A stretch of DNA of 64,000 nt from positions 62,001 to 126,000 of the IMG/VR virus record IMGVR_UViG_3300008113_000003. The stretch is one strand, 5' to 3'. The stretch's first letter is position 1, and the number at the start of each line of letters is the position of its first letter. The translations under genes and the position numbers were made by a program. Below, in pieces: positions 1 to 9,400 of this stretch. Below the pieces are notes generated by a model, which made no database searches, was not told the origin of the DNA, and saw only the letters and a list, made by a program, of their open reading frames with translations.

Positions 1-1366
1 TCACTGTTTTGTTCATGATAGCAACTGGCGTGAAGTCATCCCCCGCTAAAAGCGATTTTAAGATCGCTGGAGAGAATCCGCTCACCAATGCGGCACCATG
101 TTTACCAAAGCTAACTGGTACGTTATCATGTCTGCTTTGAATGTTCCAGAACACAATTTTTGGGGTTGTGTATCCAGCTTCATTGTAATGACGCTCAATC
201 ATTTTCATAGCCGTTTCGTTTGAACGAGTAGCTTGATTGAACTCCATATCTGACATAATCAAGATAGTTGTTGGCATTTCTTCTTTTGGAACTGAGTGTT
301 TAACAGCTTGGTCCAAAAGCATTCTGAAAGTGGCCTCAAGATCTGTGCTCATACCCCATTCAGCACTCTCCAATTGTTGCATTCTAGAAACAATGTCACC
401 ATTTAAGTATTGCAACTTTGGTGTTGAGGAGAATGTGATGAAAGCGTCCTTAAATGGACCGACATTTCTTTCAGAGATGTATAATCCCAAAGAAACACAC
501 ACATCCATACAAGAAAGATTTGCGTTATTACCCGCTGGTGTGCACATTGAACCAGATACGTCACATACTGGTAAAATTCTTTCCTCAGTGTTTGTCAAGT
601 AGTTTGGAAGTGACTCCCACTGCTTAACGCCCACAACTTTGTCACCACCAAATTTTAATGACTTTAACACGTCATATGGATACAAAGCACCAGCCTTGAT
701 TGTTTTTGCTGTATTTTTGAACTCATCAAATCTAACACCATCGTTTTTAACAAACGCTTTGGTGTATCTTGACATAGCCAAAGATGGTACGTGGTTGTAA
801 GTGATTTGTGACCACTTACCAGCGCACATCAACTGCTCAACAACTTTGGTTTTTTCTACCAAAGATTTACGGTATTCTTTTGGGGATAAACCAAGATGTC
901 TTTCCAAAGCAATTGCTTGTTTACCTTTTCTTGGCATCCATTTAGCACAAAGACCATCGTTGTTGTTTAAAGCAACCTCAATTAACCCTTTAGCTTGCCC
1001 TTCCAAAGAAGTACCAAACAATGACAACATGTCATCCCAACGACCAAACTCAGGGATATACTGAATATTCTTTGCCAAAGATTCTGAATGATTCTCAGCA
1101 AGATATTTAAGGATATCTCTAAAGATTTTTCTTTCACCAGCACCAGAACGTGCATCTCTAGCCCAGAAAAGAATTCTCAAAGCGGTCACAGGGCTTTCGT
1201 TGAAAGCCTTGCTAAATTTAGCAGTCAATCTACCAACATCTTGGCCACGCATTGCACCTATCATAAAGAATAGGTCAACACATGCATTCAAAGATGATGA
1301 GTTAGTTACCATACCATTTTCAGTGGTAGTATTTTCTGTTCTCAAAGCGTCAACTAAACGTGTCAT
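1..1366 (-). CDS. DUF2828-family protein (TROVE-like helical region plus C-terminal vWA domain); 3' end runs off the window
   Basis: Absent from the ORF track because it has no stop inside the window. Manual translation from ATG at 1366 gives MTRLVDALRTENTTTENGMVTNSSSLNACVDLFF...ILFWARDARSGAGERKIF..., then vWA MIDAS ILPVCDVSGSM (~545-579), ILIMSDMEF and KIVFWNI...LVSGFSP, all typical of DUF2828. Confidence 0.85.
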   Translation of the reverse strand, partial: MTRLVDALRTENTTTENGMVTNSSSLNACVDLFFMIGAMRGQDVGRLTAKFSKAFNESPVTALRILFWARDARSGAGERKIFRDILKYLAENHSESLAKNIQYIPEFGRWDDMLSLFGTSLEGQAKGLIEVALNNNDGLCAKWMPRKGKQAIALERHLGLSPKEYRKSLVEKTKVVEQLMCAGKWSQITYNHVPSLAMSRYTKAFVKNDGVRFDEFKNTAKTIKAGALYPYDVLKSLKFGGDKVVGVKQWESLPNYLTNTEERILPVCDVSGSMCTPAGNNANLSCMDVCVSLGLYISERNVGPFKDAFITFSSTPKLQYLNGDIVSRMQQLESAEWGMSTDLEATFRMLLDQAVKHSVPKEEMPTTILIMSDMEFNQATRSNETAMKMIERHYNEAGYTTPKIVFWNIQSRHDNVPVSFGKHGAALVSGFSPAILKSLLAGDDFTPVAIMNKTV

Positions 1367-1391
1367 ATTGTTTATTATTTTAAATTGGGTA

Positions 1392-1423
1392 CAAATATAG
1401 TAACAAAAATGTTAAAAACCAAA
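1392..1423 (-). promoter_or_regulatory. Bacteroidota sigmaA-type promoter TTTG-N20-TATATTTG upstream of the DUF2828 gene
   Basis: Minus strand reads TTTG (1423-1420), a 20-nt spacer, then TATATTTG (1399-1392), matching the -33/-7 consensus TTTG...TAnnTTTG. Confidence 0.75.
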
Positions 1424-1440
1424 TTTTTTTTAAAAATTTT

Positions 1441-1746
1441 TTAAATTTCTTTTGGTCCGTACAGAAATTCACCGTTATCGTCCATACCTTTAACCTCAAT
1501 TAGATCGTCTTTTAATAGATCCTCAAAAGTCTCCGATATTATATACTTATTGGTTTTATCAATCAAGTATTCCAACTGTCCTTCCATTAAAAGGCAAGAA
1601 CCAGTTTCTTCGTAATTTCGTGTTATTGTCTCGGTGAGAAACTTTTTTAAGATTTTTCGGTCCATAAACAAACCAGCTTTTTCAAAAAAGTTTTCTGAAT
1701 CCAAAACATACATAACATGTTTTACGTATTCTGTTATTTCTTTCAT
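1441..1746 (-). CDS. hypothetical protein (101 aa)
   Basis: Co-oriented ORF that fills the gap and has its own promoter-like element; no recognised motif. Confidence 0.7.
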   Translation of the reverse strand: MKEITEYVKHVMYVLDSENFFEKAGLFMDRKILKKFLTETITRNYEETGSCLLMEGQLEYLIDKTNKYIISETFEDLLKDDLIEVKGMDDNGEFLYGPKEI

Positions 1747-1750
1747 GGTA

Positions 1751-1782
1751 CAATATTAAGAACTATTCCTTACATAACCAAA
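1751..1782 (-). promoter_or_regulatory. Bacteroidota-type promoter TTTG-N20-TAATATTG, likely giving a leaderless mRNA
   Basis: TTTG at 1782-1779, 20-nt spacer, TAATATTG at 1758-1751 (one mismatch to TAnnTTTG), only 4 nt before the ATG at 1746. Confidence 0.55.
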
Positions 1783-2126
1783 TTTTTACCGTAAATTTTT
1801 TCAATATCATCTATGTACTCGTTTGACCACCCCTTTAATATGTTAAAGTAGTTTATAAAGTCTTTGTAGTTTTTTCTGTTAATAGTAAATGTTTCGGTGC
1901 GTGTGTCCTCAAACATGGTTTTTGTTTTCGAGTTAAAGTAAAGGCTTCCTATTGAGCATTCGTGTTGGTGATCGGTGTCCTGTATTTGATTTACGGACAA
2001 GTATTCGTGATTACCATCTGGAGAGATATAGTAAATTTTAAATTCGTGATTTATATAATCACTCACGCTGAACTTGCAAATAAACAAACTGTTCATTTGC
2101 GTTAATTTAATTGTGAAGTCTTTCAT
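1770..2126 (-). CDS. hypothetical protein (118 aa)
   Basis: ORF that tiles the region; no recognised motif. Confidence 0.65.
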   Translation of the reverse strand: MKDFTIKLTQMNSLFICKFSVSDYINHEFKIYYISPDGNHEYLSVNQIQDTDHQHECSIGSLYFNSKTKTMFEDTRTETFTINRKNYKDFINYFNILKGWSNEYIDDIEKIYGKNLVM

Positions 2127-2145
2127 CTTTTTTCCTTTTTTAGAC

Positions 2146-2153
2146 TATTTATT
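2146..2153 (+). promoter_or_regulatory. TATTTATT putative phage late-promoter motif
   Basis: GACTATTTATT lies upstream of + strand gene 2201; the same motif recurs in gene orientation in many intergenic gaps. Confidence 0.55.
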
Positions 2154-2200
2154 ATTAACTGGAGATAATAAAACGACTTCACTAATAAATATATCAGATT

Positions 2201-2602
2201 ATGACAAAAAAAGTAAAATTCACAGAAAGACAAATAAAAATGCTTGCGGAAGTAGAGGCTCTTAAATTGAAGAACCCTGTTAATGAGGGGATTGAAGATA
2301 TGTTAGGAAAACATCTAGGTGATGATGAAGATAAAAAAATTGAGTATCCTTCACAAGAAGATTTAGCTGGTATGGATCCAGAGACTGAAATGGGCGGTGA
2401 CGACTCGATTAAAGTTACTGATATGAAGGGCGCTTCAGAGTTATTAGGTTATTTAGATAAACTAGAAGAAGCAAAATCCATCTTAAGTAAAATTGCCGCA
2501 AAGGAAGAGGATGATAACATCAAGGGTAGAATTTACGCACATTACGAAAAAACACAAAAACTAATCTTTGAACTAATCAAAGAATTTGGAATTGTTCACT
2601 AA
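2201..2602 (+). CDS. acidic hypothetical protein with N-terminal KKVKFTERQI tag (putative head/internal protein)
   Basis: 133-aa ORF flanked by a TATTTAT motif and a terminator; its N-terminus resembles MKVKITESQL of 9461..9799. Confidence 0.75.
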   Translation: MTKKVKFTERQIKMLAEVEALKLKNPVNEGIEDMLGKHLGDDEDKKIEYPSQEDLAGMDPETEMGGDDSIKVTDMKGASELLGYLDKLEEAKSILSKIAAKEEDDNIKGRIYAHYEKTQKLIFELIKEFGIVH

Positions 2603-2608
2603 AAACTT

Positions 2609-2635
2609 AAGGCCCTCTTGACTGAGGGCTTTTTT
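2609..2635 (+). terminator. intrinsic terminator
   Basis: AAGGCCCTC-TTGACT-GAGGGCTTT hairpin with a T-run just after the stop at 2602. Confidence 0.8.
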
Positions 2636-2659
2636 GTTTATTTTAGCTGTATTTTCCCT

Positions 2660-2668
2660 ATATTTATA
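2660..2668 (+). promoter_or_regulatory. ATATTTATA putative late-promoter motif
   Basis: Ends 2 nt before the GTG start at 2671. Confidence 0.55.
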
Positions 2669-2670
2669 GG

Positions 2671-3309
2671 GTGTCTAAACCATATAAAATATTATTGTAT
2701 AACAACGGTAAACGTATTAAGGTTATCGATCAGATTGCCACATATAATGAATCCGTTAAAGTTTACAACCAGATATTGGAATCAAACGTTTGTTTCTTTC
2801 CAAAAGAATATGATTGGTTAGGTAGAGAAACTGATTATGAATTGGTTTTAATTGGCCCAAAGACGGGTACTTCAATAAATCACTTTAGAAATGAAATGGG
2901 TGCACTTGTTAAAGTTAAACCAAAGGGTGATTTTGTTATAAAAAAAATTAGTCCCTACCCCATCGAAGAGGTGTTTAAACATAAGAACACCGATCAAAAA
3001 CACACATTTAGAACTTTAGTTAAAAATTTCCTGGTAAATAATAATAACACAAGAGTTGTACTGTCTTTTAACAACAAACTTGTTATTGAGTACTTTGAAA
3101 ACGAGCAGCTTGACGTATTTGTTCTTAAAAACCAAGAAGACTCGTTAAGGTTAAATGAAACCATTAAAGTTTTTACCCAAACAAATGGGTTGACAAACTT
3201 TATATTTTTTAATGATCCAACAATTGATACGGTGAGAAGGGTTTATGATGCTTTAGAGGCTAATTACGGGATTTCCAGAGAATGGATGGCCAGAACATCA
3301 ACAAGATGA
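2671..3309 (+). CDS. hypothetical protein (212 aa, GTG start)
   Basis: Long + strand ORF that abuts the convergent gene at 3310. Confidence 0.75.
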   Translation: MSKPYKILLYNNGKRIKVIDQIATYNESVKVYNQILESNVCFFPKEYDWLGRETDYELVLIGPKTGTSINHFRNEMGALVKVKPKGDFVIKKISPYPIEEVFKHKNTDQKHTFRTLVKNFLVNNNNTRVVLSFNNKLVIEYFENEQLDVFVLKNQEDSLRLNETIKVFTQTNGLTNFIFFNDPTIDTVRRVYDALEANYGISREWMARTSTR

Positions 3310-3525
3310 TTAGCTTCTTTTAAAGATAAACCTGACATCATTTATTATGATCTCAAAAGTTCTTTTAGAAGTGTAACCGTGCACTGTTTTATTTATAAAT
3401 TTAAAAACTTCCTGTTGTAAAACTTCATGCTTACTTTCATTTAGTTTAATATAAACTTCAGTATTTTTGTTTTCACCACTACTTGTGATTGTTGTTGCGA
3501 TATTATTTATCTGCTCTAGTTTCAT
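3310..3525 (-). CDS. hypothetical protein (71 aa)
   Basis: ATGA overlap with the upstream ORF, consistent with translational coupling. Confidence 0.65.
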   Translation of the reverse strand: MKLEQINNIATTITSSGENKNTEVYIKLNESKHEVLQQEVFKFINKTVHGYTSKRTFEIIINDVRFIFKRS

Positions 3526-3728
3526 AAATATCTAAATACCTTTGAGATAAAATTTTTAAACCTAGCCCATTTAGATGGCTCCTTTTTAATATAGTTATCA
3601 AAATTATTGATTTCTTTACCCAAACCTTTTTTTACGGCATCGGCATAAGCTTTTTTAGCTTTCTCAATTTCAAATTTATCTTTATTTATCTCCTTTTCAA
3701 AAGTTTTATAAAGTCTATCGTCTTCCAT
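3522..3728 (-). CDS. hypothetical protein (68 aa, basic amphipathic C-terminus)
   Basis: Tightly packed in the operon; ends in KWARFKNFISKVFRYL. Confidence 0.65.
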   Translation of the reverse strand: MEDDRLYKTFEKEINKDKFEIEKAKKAYADAVKKGLGKEINNFDNYIKKEPSKWARFKNFISKVFRYL

Positions 3729-3729
3729 A

Positions 3730-4335
3730 TTATTTTTTTAAATAAATAGTAAAATCTTCGTTTTCTAAATAACCCTGTACTAATTTTGGTATTGCGATAT
3801 GCGATAATCGATTTACCATATTCTCTGGATTATATAGGTTTAAAGGTGATAACCCAGATCTTTCATCTAAGAAATTAAACGCCACGCCTTTATTACACAT
3901 ATTATAGGCCATCTCAATCTTTCTAATAACCTCATCCATACCCACAAACCAGGTAAATACGCCTGATCCAATTACATAGTCAAACTTTTCGTTTATCTTA
4001 TCAATGTCAGAACATATGAATTTTTTTGTCGGGTACAACTGATTAGCGTAAACGATATATTTGTGGTTAATATCGATACCTGTGTAATCTATATTATTAT
4101 GGTTGTTATTGGCTATGTAATCGTTTAAATGGCCCAACCCACAGCCATAATCAAGTAAAGATGAGTTATCTTCTATACCAATACCAAATAAGGTCTTAAA
4201 TCGCTTCCTTTGCGTTTCTTGGTCTGTCCAACCAACAGCCATTGGTGTTGTAATTGGGTAGTCTTCAAGGTACATATTGTACACGCCAATAATATCACTG
4301 CTCATCTGGTAACTTTGATTCAATATATAATTCAA
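3730..4335 (-). CDS. class I SAM-dependent methyltransferase (true start possibly 4305)
   Basis: Motif I LLDYGCGLG, YTGIDIN, FDYVIGSGVF and an N-terminal GW...Q..RF. Confidence 0.85.
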   Translation of the reverse strand: MNYILNQSYQMSSDIIGVYNMYLEDYPITTPMAVGWTDQETQRKRFKTLFGIGIEDNSSLLDYGCGLGHLNDYIANNNHNNIDYTGIDINHKYIVYANQLYPTKKFICSDIDKINEKFDYVIGSGVFTWFVGMDEVIRKIEMAYNMCNKGVAFNFLDERSGLSPLNLYNPENMVNRLSHIAIPKLVQGYLENEDFTIYLKK

Positions 4336-4639
4336 TTATGTTGATGTAATAAACGACACCCGATATAAATGCGGCATCAAAGATAGTAAAAATAATCTTT
4401 TGATACAAATCTAGGTTTGTTTTCCCGAAAAGAATTGCTGTCGGGGAAAAACCCAAAACGGGTACAACATATAAACCAACCCAAAAACCAAAACACATCA
4501 TGCAATGTAATAAAGAACCAAAAAATTTTGATCTGGTTTTTATTACTTCCCTGAATGGTTTAAATAGTTTACTTTGGACCACAATAGATGTGATTCCATA
4601 GCATATAAAAACAAAATATGTTAAGGTAATCCAATTCAT
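4295..4639 (-). CDS. DUF1360-like membrane protein
   Basis: Three hydrophobic segments and GSLLHCMMCFGFWVG, matching the G-x-L-L-x-C-x-x-C-x-G-x-W pattern. Confidence 0.6.
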   Translation of the reverse strand: MNWITLTYFVFICYGITSIVVQSKLFKPFREVIKTRSKFFGSLLHCMMCFGFWVGLYVVPVLGFSPTAILFGKTNLDLYQKIIFTIFDAAFISGVVYYINIIELYIESKLPDEQ

Positions 4640-4640
4640 A

Positions 4641-5102
4641 TTATTCGGTTTCTTTACCAGCTCTGTTAATAATATCAGGGTTTTGTTTAATTGTTTGTAT
4701 GGTTATTAAATCTTTAATTTTTGTTGTTGACCAATTATGAGATCTTGTCGTGTAAATAACTTTAATCGGTAAGTGGTCACCAGTAAATCTTTTACCGATA
4801 TAATCATCACCCAAGATTCTAATGTCTGGTTTGTAAAACTCCATTAACTTAATCAAATCCTCTTCTGTTTGGTATGTAACTACCTCGTCAATATATTTGA
4901 TCGCCATTAATGTTTTATACCTCTCATACAAAGGTATAACGGGCTTATACTTTGTAAACCTAGTTTCAGATGGGTCAATTTGTAAAAACACCATAAAATA
5001 ATCACAGTGTCTTTTAGCTTCCTCAAAAGTATAAATGTAACCTGGATGTAATAAATCAAAATTACCAGCTGTAAATCCTATAACCCCTTTTGTAGCGTCC
5101 AT
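4641..5102 (-). CDS. TagD/RfaE-like cytidylyltransferase
   Basis: FTAGNFDLLHPGY (HxGH-like), KPVIPLYER, IKYIDEV, ILGDDY and RSHNWSTT, corresponding to the RTxGISTT motif. Confidence 0.85.
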   Translation of the reverse strand: MDATKGVIGFTAGNFDLLHPGYIYTFEEAKRHCDYFMVFLQIDPSETRFTKYKPVIPLYERYKTLMAIKYIDEVVTYQTEEDLIKLMEFYKPDIRILGDDYIGKRFTGDHLPIKVIYTTRSHNWSTTKIKDLITIQTIKQNPDIINRAGKETE

Positions 5103-5114
5103 TATTTAATTTTT

Positions 5115-5600
5115 TTATTCCTCGGTTTTAGCGGCATCAGCTTCAACCTCATTATTCTCAGTGTTTAATTCAGGCCCCTCAACAATAGGTTCCTCAGTTT
5201 TTTTAGATCTTTTTTTACCAGTACCCATAATAGATAGTGGGGTATCAAAAGAAAGTTGTTTAAGTTCATCATAACTTAATTTACCAAATAACCCTTTCAA
5301 TTCAGTCATCTTTTCACTGAATAACTCCTGTTTCTTTTGTAGATCAAGGTTATACTCAATTATATTACTAAAGATGGTATACATCTCTTCAAATGAGAAT
5401 AAATCACTGAACATGATGTAGTAGATAAACCCAGTGTCCTCAGAAACCTTTTGCTTTTTTAATTTAATTTCTTCTGGTACGTGATCTTCAAGTATCGACC
5501 AGGTTGGGTCCAACCAGAAGTCAATAACTCTAACATCAGCGTTTACCCTAAAACCGATAAGGTTATCAGGGTATTTTTTAAACATTTCGTCTAATTTCAT
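5115..5600 (-). CDS. hypothetical protein (161 aa)
   Basis: ORF coupled to its neighbours; coiled-coil centre and acidic tail. Confidence 0.75.
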   Translation of the reverse strand: MKLDEMFKKYPDNLIGFRVNADVRVIDFWLDPTWSILEDHVPEEIKLKKQKVSEDTGFIYYIMFSDLFSFEEMYTIFSNIIEYNLDLQKKQELFSEKMTELKGLFGKLSYDELKQLSFDTPLSIMGTGKKRSKKTEEPIVEGPELNTENNEVEADAAKTEE

Positions 5601-5806
5601 ATGTTAATTCCGTTTATAATACATGTTATTATGTAAGAGACAGATAACCCAAGATAGATTAACTCTTTATGTGTTAATGTATATTTTTTTGGTTCGATAT
5701 CAACAATATTACGATAGAATAAGAATATGTGTCTTAATATGACCAAAATAGATAATATAAGGCCCACTAACAGCGCCTTATTGATTAATCCAAGTAGTAT
5801 GTCCAT
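5597..5806 (-). CDS. small membrane protein (two TM segments)
   Basis: Two hydrophobic stretches; ATGA overlap with the next gene. Confidence 0.65.
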   Translation of the reverse strand: MDILLGLINKALLVGLILSILVILRHIFLFYRNIVDIEPKKYTLTHKELIYLGLSVSYIITCIINGINI

Positions 5807-5847
5807 AATTTATTTTTTTATAAAAATAGACATAAAAAGTGATATTA

Positions 5848-6321
5848 TCAATAATTGTTTAAAAAATACTTATCAAGTGTTTTGTAGACTTCAAAAAAAA
5901 GGTCGTGTTCAGATTTTGTTTTGGTTATCTCGATCGACATTACATCATCCCAAAAATTAATGATTTTACTAAATAACCCCTTTGTTTTGGTGCTATTACC
6001 ATAATAGATGTCCATAAAATAAGCCAAGAAGTAATAATAGTGCTCACCCTTTTCTTGAAAGAAAATGTTTTCTTTCTTAAAATTATCCAAATTTCTTTTC
6101 CAGCACCAGTTAAAATGATTTACTTGATCGTCCTGATAAAGAATCACGTCATCACCAAGGTAAGTATCTTCAATTATATAAGTTAATGAAATGGAGAAGT
6201 CTCTAAATAATTCAACCTTTTCAGTTGTAATATTATTTATCGTGTTTAAATAGGCTAACTGTTCAAAACTTAACGGTTTTGAAAAATATTCTAAAAACTT
6301 ATGTATGTGTCCCCTACTCAT
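5848..6321 (-). CDS. hypothetical protein (157 aa)
   Basis: Aromatic-rich globular-looking ORF preceded by TATTTAT motifs. Confidence 0.75.
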   Translation of the reverse strand: MSRGHIHKFLEYFSKPLSFEQLAYLNTINNITTEKVELFRDFSISLTYIIEDTYLGDDVILYQDDQVNHFNWCWKRNLDNFKKENIFFQEKGEHYYYFLAYFMDIYYGNSTKTKGLFSKIINFWDDVMSIEITKTKSEHDLFFEVYKTLDKYFLNNY

Positions 6322-6328
6322 CTTCTAT

Positions 6329-6368
6329 AATAAATAAGGGCCTCATGTTGATGAAGCCCTTATAAATA
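6329..6368 (-). terminator. hairpin terminator flanked by two TATTTAT motifs
   Basis: Minus strand ATAAGGGCTTCAT-CAAC-ATGAGGCCCTTAT (6363-6334), a 13-bp stem with one G-U pair, followed by TTATT; it lies downstream of 6402..9461. Confidence 0.65.
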
Positions 6369-6401
6369 TAAATTTTTAAAAAAAAATGTAAACTAAACGA
6401 C

Positions 6402-9400
6402 TTACAATAATTTCTTCTTGCTAACGCTTTTCCAGAAAACATCGTTTTCATTGATTTGCTTAGCTTTTTTCTCTTCAGAAATAACCGCTTGGTCATAAGA
6501 AACCATTTTCATCATTTTTTGTATCTCTAATGAAACAACATCTTCGTTTACCTTTTTATCTTTTTTCTTTTTATTATCATCACCTGGCAATGCATCACTT
6601 CTTTCATATGAATCATCGTTGTTGATGTTAAGACCTTTAGATGTATAATCCATGTCTCTTACATCTCTTCTAGCTTTAACAGCTTGCATTAGTTTTTCAC
6701 CACCCTTAGAGTCGTAATCAACATTTGCCTCACCTTCTTTATCAGGTAAACCGTTTGCTTGCGCAACAATTCTATCTTTAAAGTCATCACCACTGTCATT
6801 AACATAATCAAGATCTAACATGCTATTTCTACCGTGTTGTTTAACATCGATACTATCTTCCCAATCACTGTTATTGTGTTTTTGGTTTTTTAAGTTATCA
6901 ACTTTTTGATCAACGGTTTTTTGAGTTTTTTCAGCAGCTTTGATCATTTCCTCAGCTTCTTTTTCATTTTTAGCGTTTTCAGAATCTACATTCTTACCTT
7001 TCTTGGCAACAAATTTAGCCAATTCAGCTTCCTCTAAAAAATCTTCGTCATCATTGTCAACGTCAAAATTACCCATTTTTTCAATGTTTTTCAAATCTTT
7101 CATTGATGGTTCTTTTTCATCAGAAAAATCATCATCTTCAGTATCTTTGTATTTGCTATCTTGTTTTTCACCATAAGCTCTAATGAACTCAGCTTTTTTC
7201 ATAGCTCTAGGTTGTAACTCGTCAACTGTATCCAAAGCATCGGTTAAATTATCATCCATAAGTAAACCTGTTTTTTCTAAGAAAGATCTTTTGGTTGGTG
7301 ATACTAATAGATTTAATATGCTATTATTAGAACCTTTTGCGAATAATCTATCGCAATACTCCAAATAACTTTCCTCAGGGGTTTTTTGTATGAAATTAAT
7401 AAAGTTATCAGCGTTAGCATCTCTACTTGATTCGAATTGACTAAAATACTGATTAAATTTATCTTTAATATCGTCTGTATTTAACCCTTTAGCTAATGTA
7501 GCCATAGATTTTTCGATCGAGTTCATGAAATTTGTAAAGTATTTCATTTCTCTTTCGTATTGATCGCTTACAGCAACCTCATCGTCTTCAACGTCAGCTT
7601 CATCATTATATTCCATAAGCTCATCAGCTGGGCCTTCTACACCGATAGGGCCGACTGGTGCCATGCTAACTGGAGCTGGTGTCATATCACCTTCTGGTGC
7701 ATTTTCACCTTCCATTTCATTCATCAAGAAATCAAATACATGACTTAAATTTTCTTTTGCAACAGCCATGTGATCAGCAGCCCAATCATGTCCACTATTT
7801 AAAATAGCTTCAATTTTACCGTGATCAAATTTCATTAAGACATCAGCTTGTCTTTTGATTTGCTCTAAATTAGAGAAGAACATGTATCTGCTACTATCCT
7901 CATCACCTTCCGATAAATCAAATTCGTTCATCCAACCACCTTCTTCTAAATCAGCACCATCTCTTTCACCTTTACCAAATTTCTTTTTAGCCTCATTCCA
8001 GTCTTCCATTGAAAGATCCCAACCGTCAACCGCTTTAGCAACGTGTTCTTTAGCTTCAGAATAAGAATGACCGTGCTCAACACAATGTTTCAACTGGTCA
8101 TAAATAGCAGGGTTAATTCCAGCAGCCTCATCAACTTCACCTTCGCCAAACATATCCATTCCCATACCTTCATCCTCTAACATAGCTTCCGCTGTGTTTT
8201 TAGCTTCTTCGATGGCTTCTTGGTAATCACCATTTTCTAAATATTCTTCAATAGTATCTAAACCATTTGCAAATGTGGCTGTATCAGCAAGATCAGATGT
8301 ACCCATACCTGGTAACATTCTACTAATAAACATGTTAACCAACTTAACACCTGTTTCTCTAGCACCAATTCTTTCAACACTTGCCTCAATTTTTGCGTAT
8401 TTGTTAGCAAAACCACTAGCTGGTTCTTCTTCCTCTAACGCATCATTTTCTTCGTAAACCATTTCCTCTGGATCTAAACCTCTTCTAAAAGCGTCTTCAT
8501 AAAGTTTTTCTTGGGATTCCATTTTACCACCCCAAAGTTCTGAAATATAGCTAGAAACTTCGTTTGCACAAGAAGAGCCTTCACTCATCATGCAAGATTT
8601 AACCATTTCCATGCATATTTCAGCATCTTCCATCATTGATTTACAATAGCCTTCATATGTCTCACCTTCATTTAATGTTTCAGGTAAAAACCCTTCTCTA
8701 ACTAAAGTTTCGTACATGCATTCTGCAAGTTGATTATTTTCCATAATACCGCCCATGCACTTTGATGCGAATTCGGGTGTTAATTGTATGTTTTCCATAG
8801 TATTTGTATTTTCTAAGTTTTTATTTTCTTCTGTATAATTTTCATCCAACAATTCGATGGATTCATTTAATTGTTCAATAACAGATTCATTGATATTTTC
8901 CATTTTAATCATATCAATTGTTTCTGATAAATATTTTTCTCTGATTAATTTTGCTATAAATTCTGGTGACTTACCAGTTTCTTCAGCAATATGAGAGCAA
9001 TACCCATAACACCCCTCGCACATTTCTTCTTTAGACTCACCGATAAGTTTGATGGGTTTATCTACAGCTCCTTGTGAGCAATATGGGAATGCAAGGCATT
9101 TAGGTTCGATGGCCACTAAATGACCACCATTGTAAGAAGGCTTTTGCTTTAAATCACCACCAAACCATTCTAATAAATCACCTTCGGTTACTAAATTACC
9201 TTCAGTGCTATATAAATGTTCTTTAACATAACCTTGTGGTGGTACAGCTATTCTACCCACACCAACACCATTTTTAACATTGGAATCTTTCCATGTGTTA
9301 AAAAGCCTACTGTTTAATTTTTTCTTTGATATTCTACCTAACGGACCGATAAACCCACCATATGTTGGGCTACCTGGGTCACCTAAAACAGAAGCGACAG

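Noticed and set aside
237-1400. Four + strand ORFs in the track (237..602, 801..1064, 1088..1273, 1200..1400)
   Set aside because: They are antisense shadows of the real minus-strand DUF2828 gene.
1421-1448. A/T-only quasi-palindromic tract as a possible origin or terminator
   Set aside because: No GC stem or iterons; indistinguishable from AT-rich intergenic background or an UP element.
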